From: an uncultured Nitrososphaeraceae archaeon | Lineage (GTDB): Archaea > Thermoproteota > Nitrososphaeria > Nitrososphaerales > Nitrososphaeraceae | Direction of reading: 5' to 3' | Length of the DNA stretch: 64,000 nt | NCBI GenBank assembly: GCA_963765895.1 | Contig: CAVXZB010000019.1 | Coordinates: forward strand, 160,001 to 224,000 | Shown: positions 55,841-64,000 of the stretch, one piece after another | Numbering within the stretch: position 1 is the first letter of the stretch | Layout of the letters: the number at the start of each line of letters is the position of its first letter | Notes under the pieces: generated by a model | The model's input: only the letters and a program-made list of their open reading frames with translations | The model's database searches: none | Told to the model about the DNA's origin: nothing | Program-made: the position numbers and the translations under genes

Positions 55841-56860
55841 TTGCGACTAATCATAGTGGGGTTTGGTGTTGTTGGACAAAGCCTTGCAAGAATACTGCTT
55901 TCACGGGCAAGCGATCTGTATACCTTGTATGGAATCAACCCCAAGATTGTAGCATGTTTGGATAGTAAAGGTTCAGCTGTTTCTCAGACTGGACTCGACT
56001 TGCATCGCCTATTAGAAGCTAAACTCTCAAAAGGCACAGTAGCTGCCTATGACACGAGTCAATCCCAATCATCTTTAACGGGTATCATGGAGAATATCGA
56101 AGCAGAGCTACTTATAGAAATGACACCGACAAATTTTGATGATGCAGAACCCGGGCTTACGAACATTATATCTGGTATGCGGGCTGGTAAGCATATTATA
56201 ACAGTAAATAAGGGACCACTCGCGCTAGCTTTCCCTTCGCTTGTAGAGTTGGCCGATTATAATAATGTTAGGTTCCGGTTTAGTGGAACAGTCGGCGGGG
56301 GAACGCCAATATTAGAGTTCGCCAAGAGATGTTTGAATGGAGAACGAATTATCTCATTTAAGGGAATTTTGAATGGTACCACGAATTATATATTAACTAG
56401 AATGGAGGAAGGCCTAATCTTTCATGATGCTCTCGTTGATGCCAAGGAAAAAGGCTATGCAGAGGCAATGCCGCTGCTCGATCTCGAAGGCTATGACGCA
56501 GCAGCTAAGCTCGTTATCATGGCGAATTGGATAATGGGACTGAAAGTAACTATTAGAGATGTTAAAAGAGAAGGAATTACTGGCATAGATCTAGCCGACG
56601 TTCAGAAGGCTTCAGTAAAAATGACTTCAATAAAATTAGTAGCCTATTGTGATAACAAGCATCTTGAAGTGAAACCCAATATGATTCAAAAGATTGATCC
56701 TATATGTGTGAACGGCACTCTCAACGCAGTAACGTTCTGCTCAGAGTACTCGGGAGATAAAACTATAATTGGGCGCGGAGCAGGTGGCATGGAGACTGCT
56801 AGTTCTATAATCAGAGATCTGATAGAAATTAGAGAATCAATAGCCAAAAACACTATGTGA
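55841..56860 (+). CDS. hom: homoserine dehydrogenase
   Basis: GFGVVG, TVNKGP, TVGGGTPI, GILNGTTNYIL, GYAEA, GRGAGGMETAS. Confidence 0.95.
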   Translation: MRLIIVGFGVVGQSLARILLSRASDLYTLYGINPKIVACLDSKGSAVSQTGLDLHRLLEAKLSKGTVAAYDTSQSQSSLTGIMENIEAELLIEMTPTNFDDAEPGLTNIISGMRAGKHIITVNKGPLALAFPSLVELADYNNVRFRFSGTVGGGTPILEFAKRCLNGERIISFKGILNGTTNYILTRMEEGLIFHDALVDAKEKGYAEAMPLLDLEGYDAAAKLVIMANWIMGLKVTIRDVKREGITGIDLADVQKASVKMTSIKLVAYCDNKHLEVKPNMIQKIDPICVNGTLNAVTFCSEYSGDKTIIGRGAGGMETASSIIRDLIEIRESIAKNTM

Positions 56861-57030
56861 ATTAAACTAAATCAACCTTAGTTAAGTGATACCCCTTTAT
56901 GAGCCTCTATGAGTTGTGTGCTAAGAATAAATTTCCAATTTTTGACGCAAGATTCTATGGAAGCAGTATTAATTCCACTTTAAGTTATTTGTGGAAAGAA
57001 TTAATAGCGTAGCCATTGAAGTTAAAATAA

Positions 57031-57498
57031 ATGCATGACTGGGAATTGGAAGTCCAAACCGACCGAAAGGCTCTGACTATTATGAGTGACGAAGTTGACA
57101 GGATTTTAAATTCTATTAGAGAATTGAATTCTCAGAAATGGTCGGAAGATAAAGCTAATCAGGAAAGCATGAAATATACTATCAAAGCGGGGGTTTTGGA
57201 AGTTGACGTAAAAGTCCTAGGGACGATGATGATAGGGGAAGTATTAGAATCGGTTGGCCTTCTGTTTTATCGTGAATGCATCATAACTGTGATTCTCTCG
57301 CTGTTTAAAGCTCAACTATTTTTATTGATAGGCTGGTCAAGGTTTCCGTTTCTAATCTTTTTCTCTATAGGTAAGGCAAACGTCGAATTAGATAATATCA
57401 CTATGGATAAAAAAATTACATTCCTAAAGATTCGAGGTACAACACTGAATCTGCAAGCGAACGCTCTCGTGGAATGTCAGGTCCGTCGATTATCTTAA
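57031..57498 (+). CDS. hypothetical protein (doubtful, especially the 3' half)
   Basis: 155-aa ORF with no recognisable motif. Confidence 0.25.
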   Translation: MHDWELEVQTDRKALTIMSDEVDRILNSIRELNSQKWSEDKANQESMKYTIKAGVLEVDVKVLGTMMIGEVLESVGLLFYRECIITVILSLFKAQLFLLIGWSRFPFLIFFSIGKANVELDNITMDKKITFLKIRGTTLNLQANALVECQVRRLS

Positions 57499-57516
57499 GG
57501 TTTAGGGAGTGACAAG

Positions 57517-58071
57517 TTGGACAATGCAATAGAAGGGTACCTTGTTGAAAACAGGATAGTAGTTTGGGATATTGATTCTTCCAGAAAATTGTATTCCAAG
57601 GGCTATTTCGGAAAGCCTATGGGAATCCCAAAACCGAAAGGAATAGAGTTCGAAAGTCCTCTCGTATTGGATCTAATAGAGAGCTATTATCTTATGCAAC
57701 ATACTGACCTCGTTGTCAGAACAGGATCACGCCAGATGGTATCAACTAGAAGTATAAAGGCAATTTGTAGGAAAGTATATTCCGATTTCGATAGAAAATA
57801 TATAGTCTTTAAGGATCTTCGTGATAGAGGCTATGTTGTTTCGCCAGGAATTAAATTCGGTTGTGATTTTGCAGTCTATGAGCGTGGACCTGGGATTGAT
57901 CACGCGCCATTCTTAATCGAGGTATACAAGAGGAAGGACATGATCACAGCGACCGGAATAGTTCTGGCAGGCAGATTAGCCACAACTGTAAAAAAGCAAT
58001 TCATTCTAGCTATTCCGAACTTGAACAAAAAAAATGTAGTGTATGTGGGATTCGAATGGTGGCGGGCTTAA
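57517..58071 (+). CDS. endA: tRNA-intron (splicing) endonuclease, catalytic subunit
   Basis: VFKDLRDRGY, GIKFGCDFAVY, GPGIDHA, RLATTVKK contain the Tyr/His/Lys catalytic triad. Confidence 0.93.
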   Translation: MDNAIEGYLVENRIVVWDIDSSRKLYSKGYFGKPMGIPKPKGIEFESPLVLDLIESYYLMQHTDLVVRTGSRQMVSTRSIKAICRKVYSDFDRKYIVFKDLRDRGYVVSPGIKFGCDFAVYERGPGIDHAPFLIEVYKRKDMITATGIVLAGRLATTVKKQFILAIPNLNKKNVVYVGFEWWRA

Positions 58072-58384
58072 ATTATCTCAATGGCCATACGAACGATCTA
58101 TCTTAGTATAAAAAATTTTCATGTGGAATTAATCACAATATCTACCTATAGTTTGCCAGATTTATGTCGAATAGGGGCCGTATAAGACTGGCAGTATCAA
58201 AGGTAAGCCCGTCTCTCTGAAAGCCACTCAAATCCATGTGCAATAACAGTTAATTTATTTATAGTAATTGTGATTCGAAGGGCACACAGACTCTCTTAAT
58301 TTGGTAGCTCTATTGTTTACATTATGAAATATACTGCAAGTTACTCTACGCTAACTTTAATTACCTTGTGCTTAAGCCTAGGTT

Positions 58385-60184
58385 ATGGATTTACAGTCGG
58401 TATCATCATTAAAATTCGCAGGTAAGAATGTTTTGATTACAGGTAGTGGGACCGGAATTGGACAAACCATCGCGCGAAAATTTGCAGAAGAAGGTGCAAA
58501 TATTATCATAATGGGAAGGAGAAAGGAACCTCTCGATTTCACTGCGAGTATTTTAGAAAAGATATTCAAGTCTTCTTCTTCGGGATCCAAAGTACTTTCA
58601 TTTCCAGGCATAGACGTATCTGATGAACTCGGCATTAAGGAAATGTTTGCTGATGTCAAGAATCAGCTGGGGAAAATTGACATTGTCATTAACAATGCGG
58701 GCGTATCTGGACCAGTTAAGATTTTTCCTAGTTCAAGATTTGAGGAGTTTCGAGATTGTGTTTCAATCCACCTGTCAGGAAGTTTTTGGACATCACAACA
58801 CGCAATTCCAATCATGCAAAAGGGCGGGAAGATAATTACAATTTCAACATATTTTACGGAGGAGAATCGATTCGAACAAAGGCCCTACAGATTCAGAACC
58901 CCTTATACAGCTGCGCAAGGTGCGAAGAATAGACTGGGCGAAGCGTTGGGATGGGAATTGGTAGATAAAGGAATTACTTCAATCGTTACTAATCCTGGCC
59001 CAGTGCATTCTGATAGAATTTACAAGACGGTTTATCCGAAAGCTGCAATAGAGTTTTTAAGGATAAGTGGTTATCCTGGTTTAACTCCGCGAGAGATCGG
59101 CAATTATGCGGATCGGTTTTTTTCAATTATGGGCGAGTCAGAAGAAATGGTAACGTCCGGTATAAAGGATTTAAGTTTAGAGATCCTGAAGGCTAGAAAG
59201 GATAGTTCAGGAGATCAGGAATCTCTGAGAGACTCGTTATCGGGATTATTAAATAAGACGCGAGAGATCGCCGAAAAGATTCAGAATAATACCAGAAAGA
59301 TGATTTCTGATGGAGAATTCCTCACTCAGGAACAGGTAGGAGAAATGGTATTATGCCTTGCAGATGACAAAATGAGTAAACTGTTGAATAGTAGAGTCAT
59401 ACCAAACGATCGCGTATTCTATCCAGTCAGACCAGTTATTGGATCATTTGTGCCTGAGAGCAACAATCAGGCGGACTTAAAAGACAAAGTCATCGTGATA
59501 ACTACGAATTCGAAGCAAGAAAAAGAGATTTTTCGAGTTCGTGCACTTGCATCAGCTTTGTTAGAATACGGAGTAAAACAGATTGTTATACTGTCCTCAA
59601 CAAATCACGCTGAATTAAAGGAATTTCATACGCACCCGATCGAGTATCTGAAAGACAATGAAGTCGATCGGCTAATGCGTTTGGTCAAATCAAAATTCGG
59701 CCAAATTTTCGCCTTGATCCACTTTACCGGAGAGTTTGATTATAGCCGCCAGATATTATCTTTACAAGGCCACGAATGGCAGTCCCTAGTTGACACGTAT
59801 ATAAATTTACCTTATTTGTTAATTAAGGGAGCGGTCAATTCGATGTCCGTCGAGGGTTCAGCTGAGGATCCGTCCAAATTTAAATCTTCGATGGGGTCAA
59901 TTGTAATTGTCGGTCCTGATGCCCCCACGGGAAAAGTTTCTGGACTGGTAAGGGCACGATCTGAGGTCTTTAAGGGAGCTCTAAGGCCTCTCATTACAAC
60001 TATAAATCAGGAGCTGTCTGACGTTCTGGACTCTTCTATAAAATCCTTTTTGGTCCTAGCTGGCAATATAGAAGGTCGGCAGCCCGATGAAGCAAAGTTA
60101 AAAAAATCAATAATAAATTTGATAACTAGCCAGGCTGAGTATAGTGAACGAATTTTCTATATTGATGAGGGAAATTCGAAGTAA
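58385..60184 (+). CDS. tandem-domain SDR oxidoreductase
   Basis: TGSGTGIG, NNAGVSGP, atypical R.PYTAAQ, PGPVHSDRI; second degenerate Rossmann domain. Confidence 0.85.
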   Translation: MDLQSVSSLKFAGKNVLITGSGTGIGQTIARKFAEEGANIIIMGRRKEPLDFTASILEKIFKSSSSGSKVLSFPGIDVSDELGIKEMFADVKNQLGKIDIVINNAGVSGPVKIFPSSRFEEFRDCVSIHLSGSFWTSQHAIPIMQKGGKIITISTYFTEENRFEQRPYRFRTPYTAAQGAKNRLGEALGWELVDKGITSIVTNPGPVHSDRIYKTVYPKAAIEFLRISGYPGLTPREIGNYADRFFSIMGESEEMVTSGIKDLSLEILKARKDSSGDQESLRDSLSGLLNKTREIAEKIQNNTRKMISDGEFLTQEQVGEMVLCLADDKMSKLLNSRVIPNDRVFYPVRPVIGSFVPESNNQADLKDKVIVITTNSKQEKEIFRVRALASALLEYGVKQIVILSSTNHAELKEFHTHPIEYLKDNEVDRLMRLVKSKFGQIFALIHFTGEFDYSRQILSLQGHEWQSLVDTYINLPYLLIKGAVNSMSVEGSAEDPSKFKSSMGSIVIVGPDAPTGKVSGLVRARSEVFKGALRPLITTINQELSDVLDSSIKSFLVLAGNIEGRQPDEAKLKKSIINLITSQAEYSERIFYIDEGNSK

Positions 60185-60218
60185 ATAAAAATATTCGAAG
60201 TAAATAAAAATATTCGAA
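60174..60218. repeat. 19-bp tandem duplication ATTCGAAGTAAATAAAAAT x2.4
   Basis: directly visible, spanning the SDR stop codon. Confidence 0.85.
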
Positions 60219-60238
60219 CGATGATAGTCTGATCTAGC

Positions 60239-60532
60239 TCAGGAACTAGACTGCTCTGATGCCGGTGCAGCTGATGATGTGGTCATATCTTCAGTCGAAC
60301 CGGAACTACCATCGACTATTTCAGCGGTGGCAAATCTATTCCCTACCTGAATCACACGTATCTTCGCATTCTGGCCTACCTTTCCGTTTTTCACAAAGAT
60401 TACAAATCCCTGTATCCTAGCTATACCGTCCCCCTTTCGACTAATCTCGGTGATTTGGACGTCATACTCCTTTCCAGTTTCCACTGGTTTAGGTCCGAAA
60501 TTGTCGTTCCTTCTAAAACCTCCGTAACTCAT
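60239..60532 (-). CDS. single TRAM-domain RNA-binding protein
   Basis: 'KPVETGKEYDVQITEISRKGDGIARIQGFVIFV...FATAEIV'. Confidence 0.92.
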   Translation of the reverse strand: MSYGGFRRNDNFGPKPVETGKEYDVQITEISRKGDGIARIQGFVIFVKNGKVGQNAKIRVIQVGNRFATAEIVDGSSGSTEDMTTSSAAPASEQSSS

Positions 60533-60600
60533 TGTTAGAATACGTCAAAGCCATCACCATATATAAACCGTAACAGACCCAAGAATGTCGAAAATCAACA

Positions 60601-61439
60601 TCAAGTGCCTATCCTAAAATTCTCACGCGAGGCTGATCGCACTGTCTCGATTGCCGAAAGGATTGCCAGGAAGCTTGTTTTAGGATTGCCTTCTGCCTGA
60701 TAATTCATGAGTTTAATATCTAACTTCCCAAACGTTCCCTCGGCTATGATCTGATGTTGGTTGTAATGAATTGCAGGATCTGCCACTATCCTGACCTTGG
60801 TTCTTTCCATTCCCACTCCTGCTATAGCTAGGATTGATGCAACATTTACATTTGAAGGAAAATTCAAAACAGCGTCTGCCGCAGTTCCTTGGTAGATAGT
60901 CGTTTCCTGGGTTATCGAATCTAGCCTAATTCTGTTTTTTTCGAAAAACGGAGCGCCCTCTAATGCCTTTGGATTCTTGGTCGTGATAAGCTCTACAGAA
61001 TCTAAAGCTCCCTTGGCACTTCTTATAGCATCTATACCAGCTATCGCTCCTGTTGGCAATAATAGACTTGTGCCATATTTATCTGAAGAAGCTTAGAAGA
61101 TCCGATAACAAGTGATCATCGGCCAATGCGCCGACACTCATTACTATCAGATCCTTTCCGAATTCGAGCACCCTCTTTGCGAATAACCTGACAGGCAGCT
61201 TGAGAAGCACTCTCCAACACTAGATTAGATGCCTTGAACTGAGTTGATGAAATTAAATCCGAAAAGTCTGAAAAACAGCGTGCTGTACTACTCTTCAGTT
61301 TACCTGTAAGACTTTTTGTTGCGTCACTATCGCTATCAAACAAGAATTCTAGAACAGTATCGCTTATTTTTGCATTATCTATGGCTAATGCCACTTGAGT
61401 GCCTATAGAACCACAACCAATTATCCCTACTCTTTTCAA
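60601..61439 (-). CDS. nadX: L-aspartate dehydrogenase (frameshifts at ~61194 and ~61090)
   Basis: GIIGCGSIG, ESASQAA, MSVGALAD (shifted frame), PTGAIAGIDA, FPSNVNVA, NPKTS; near nadA/nadC. Confidence 0.9.
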
Positions 61440-61552
61440 TACCCTACTCTTAAGGTATGATATTCAATGATATAATTGTAAAAGGCCTTTTACAACAGTA
61501 CCAGTGCTATCACTGGGCCGATCATGTGGCGAATCATGCCGATCAAGAAATA

Positions 61553-61750
61553 TTACCTTCTTCCGCCTCTTCCGCCTCTTCCGCCTCTTTCGGGCTTTCT
61601 CTGTCCGGGTAACCTTCTCTTTTCGAAGCGTTTTTCAAAGTTGCTCTTGTTGCGTAATCTAGAAACAGGATGCAATCGTATTTTACCCTGGATCTTTGGA
61701 GTCTGACCTCGAACCTTCCCTGCCTTTGTTAGCGAGCCATGAGTTGGCAT
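61553..61750 (-). CDS. rps30e: 30S ribosomal protein S30e with RGG tail
   Basis: [20 protein letters not shown]. Confidence 0.95.
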   Translation of the reverse strand: MPTHGSLTKAGKVRGQTPKIQGKIRLHPVSRLRNKSNFEKRFEKRRLPGQRKPERGGRGGRGGRR

Positions 61751-61924
61751 GTAATATCTTTAAAGACTATCAATCTATGGCTAATATATATTACGGCTCT
61801 GCCAATAGCAAGCTTAATCAGAACAAGGGGCAAACATTGCCAAATACACGATCAAAATAGGCAACGTATCGTTAGATTGTATTAATTTAAATGCTGTTCA
61901 AAATTAAATATATCCATCTAGAAG

Positions 61925-62875
61925 ATGTCTGTTGTCACCAATGATTATGAACTCAAAATCATAGAGCTGAAGAAGAAGATTGGAGCAACTATTTTAGCTC
62001 ACAATTATCAGTTGCCAGAGGTTCAGGATATCGCTGATTATGTAGGTGATTCATTAGGCCTCTCCATTAATGGAGCTAGAACTGAGCAAGAAACTATAGT
62101 ATTCTGTGGTGTACATTTTATGGCAGAAACGGCATCAATTATCTGTCCAGATAAGGTGGTCTTAATACCCGATTTAGAAGCAGGATGCTCTCTAGCCTCG
62201 ACCATTGACTGTGCACAACTAAAAGCATGGAAATCTGAACATGCAGATGCAGTGGTAGTAAGCTATGTCAATACTAGTGCAGAGATTAAGGCCATGTCTG
62301 ATTATTGTTGTACATCGAGTAATGCTGTGAAGGTGGTAAACAGTATACCCAAAGATCGGGAAATCCTTTTTCTCCCAGATATGTTTCTAGGAGCGTATGT
62401 GGCGGATATGACTAGGCGTAAGAATATGTTCATCTGGCCGGGGGAGTGTCATGTACATGCGGGGATCAGAGCTGAAGATGTTAATAAGATGTTATCCAAA
62501 TTCAAAGATGCTGACTTTCTTATTCATCCAGAATGTGGTTGTACTTCTTCTACTCTATATAATAGTTCAAATGGTGATATTTTAAAAAGGCCTTACATTT
62601 TGTCAACAGAAGGGATGATGAATCATGCCAGGACGTCGAATGCATCGAAATACCTGGTTGCTACAGAGGTTGGGATATTGCACAGAATGACTAAGCAAAA
62701 TCCGTCAAAAACATTCATCCCTATTAAGGAGAACGCAATTTGCAAATACATGAAAATGATAACAGTGCAAAAGGTTTATGATTCACTCACCAAGAACATT
62801 TATCGTGTCAAGGTACCTCAGAAAATTGCAGACCGGGCAAGATTAGCCATTGATCGAATGCTACAACTAAATTAG
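61925..62875 (+). CDS. nadA: quinolinate synthase
   Basis: LAHNYQ, CGVHFMAET, AGCSLA, CCTSSNA, GECHVH, HPEC, CKYMK. Confidence 0.96.
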   Translation: MSVVTNDYELKIIELKKKIGATILAHNYQLPEVQDIADYVGDSLGLSINGARTEQETIVFCGVHFMAETASIICPDKVVLIPDLEAGCSLASTIDCAQLKAWKSEHADAVVVSYVNTSAEIKAMSDYCCTSSNAVKVVNSIPKDREILFLPDMFLGAYVADMTRRKNMFIWPGECHVHAGIRAEDVNKMLSKFKDADFLIHPECGCTSSTLYNSSNGDILKRPYILSTEGMMNHARTSNASKYLVATEVGILHRMTKQNPSKTFIPIKENAICKYMKMITVQKVYDSLTKNIYRVKVPQKIADRARLAIDRMLQLN

Positions 62876-62950
62876 AATCATCTACGCTGCTTGGATGATA
62901 TGAAGCAGACTTCCGAAAATTTGGAAGACAAAAAGTGGCATACAGGACGG

Positions 62951-63826
62951 TTAGAATTCTTCGCGATTGACAATCTTCAAGCTATAATCTGCTCGCCTTA
63001 GCCGAGTGTGTGAGATAGCCGACAGATATCCTGTCCGGGTTCGCTTCAGCGTAGCTTCTGATATTTGTAAACCTAACCCCACCCGAGATTTCTATTTTGG
63101 ATCTTTTCCTTAGTCCCATCTTAGATATGGTATTTATTGCATCCTTTGGAGGCAGCGGGATCAAAATTATCTAACATCACGACATCCGCCCCTTCTCTAA
63201 TCGCAGTTATCAAATCTTGCTTATTTGTTACCTCACACTCAATTTTGATGCTGGAGCCACATTTTTCTTTTAGTTCCCGCATACAGCGGGCAACAGATCC
63301 CGATATGTAAATGTGGTTACTCTTAATTAGGGCCATGTCATCAAGTCGCTGTCGATGCATGGTTCCTCCTCCAATTCTGACGGCTTTCTTATCAAATATT
63401 CGTAATCCTGGGCATGTTTTCCTGGTGCTACTAATTTCTGCATTACTACCTACATCTCGAACGGTATTTATCAAAATTCTAGTCTCCAGTCGCGATCCCG
63501 CTCATACGCATCAGCAAATTTAGCGCGGTTCTTTCTCCTTTAAGAATGTCCTTTGCTTTGCCCTCGATGTCTAGAATAATTTGATGTTTCTTGACTAACG
63601 AGCCGTCGTCAATCAAGCTCCGTGCATCACATCCACATATGTCAAAAATGATCACAGCCTCTTCCACTCCGGCTACTACGGCCTCATCTGACTTGGCAAT
63701 TATTTGTGCACGTACATTTAGATTCCTTGCGTCAAGGCTATTAGTTGTTATATCTCCGGACCCAATATCCTCACGAAGAAAATTCGAAAGTATGTGCCTC
63801 GTTCTTAGGAAAGTATGAACTCTCAA
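62951..63826 (-). CDS. nadC: nicotinate-nucleotide diphosphorylase (carboxylating); frameshifts at ~63487, ~63151 and ~62994
   Basis: EDIGSGDITT, ERTALN, SGIAT, TRKTCPGLR, HRQRLDD, IECEV, MLDNF, EISGG, ISVGYLTHS. Confidence 0.92.
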
Positions 63827-63829
63827 CTC

Positions 63830-64000
63830 CTATGCGACTTTCTGCGCATATTTGTGAGCAACAGTGATATTCAACGCTGCAGCAATTTTGGAATTTGATG
63901 GTTGAAAGACTAGAATTATTCCAGACCAGTCTGGAGAAAGCTCAGTAGATTTACATACAGAGCAGATTTTGCCATAGGTAATCGCCCTGCATTTCTTACA
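63830..64000 (-). CDS. spt4: transcription elongation factor Spt4 (RpoE''), 5'-truncated by the window edge
   Basis: CKKCRAITYGKICSVCKSTELSPDWSGIILVFQPSNSKIAAALNITVAHKYAQKVA*. Confidence 0.9.
   Translation of the reverse strand, partial: CKKCRAITYGKICSVCKSTELSPDWSGIILVFQPSNSKIAAALNITVAHKYAQKVA

Noticed and set aside
61558-61590. 9-bp tandem repeat CTTCCGCCT
   Set aside because: It simply encodes the RGG tail of S30e.

Overview
64 kb of an ammonia-oxidising archaeon chromosome (Nitrososphaerota/Thaumarchaeota, most likely a soil Nitrososphaeraceae member). This is inferred from S25e, S30e, S8e, Rpo6, Spt4, ScpAB, aCPSF1, EndA, NadX/NadA/NadC, several cupredoxins and lineage-typical secreted proteins. 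Housekeeping blocks (0-5 kb, 30-37 kb, 45-64 kb) flank a gene-sparse, AT-rich accessory region (6-29 kb). Many genes carry single-base frameshifts that look like long-read errors, and several of these fall at GCNGC/GCWGC sites. Main finding: carB is interrupted within its invariant G-E-F-D-Y-S-G motif by a 31-nt insert (33547-33577, minus strand) that folds into a bulge-helix-bulge motif. Canonical EndA cleavage restores the motif exactly, so this is a candidate spliced intron in an archaeal protein-coding gene other than cbf5. Second finding: five dispersed paralogous secreted Cys-pair micro-proteins, four with a predicted mature Gly-Gly-His (ATCUN, Cu/Ni-binding) N-terminus. All five sit behind the same ungapped 49-bp non-canonical upstream motif. 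There is also a candidate pseudoknotted ncRNA at about 18.6 kb. All calls are from manual reading; no searches or folding programs were run.
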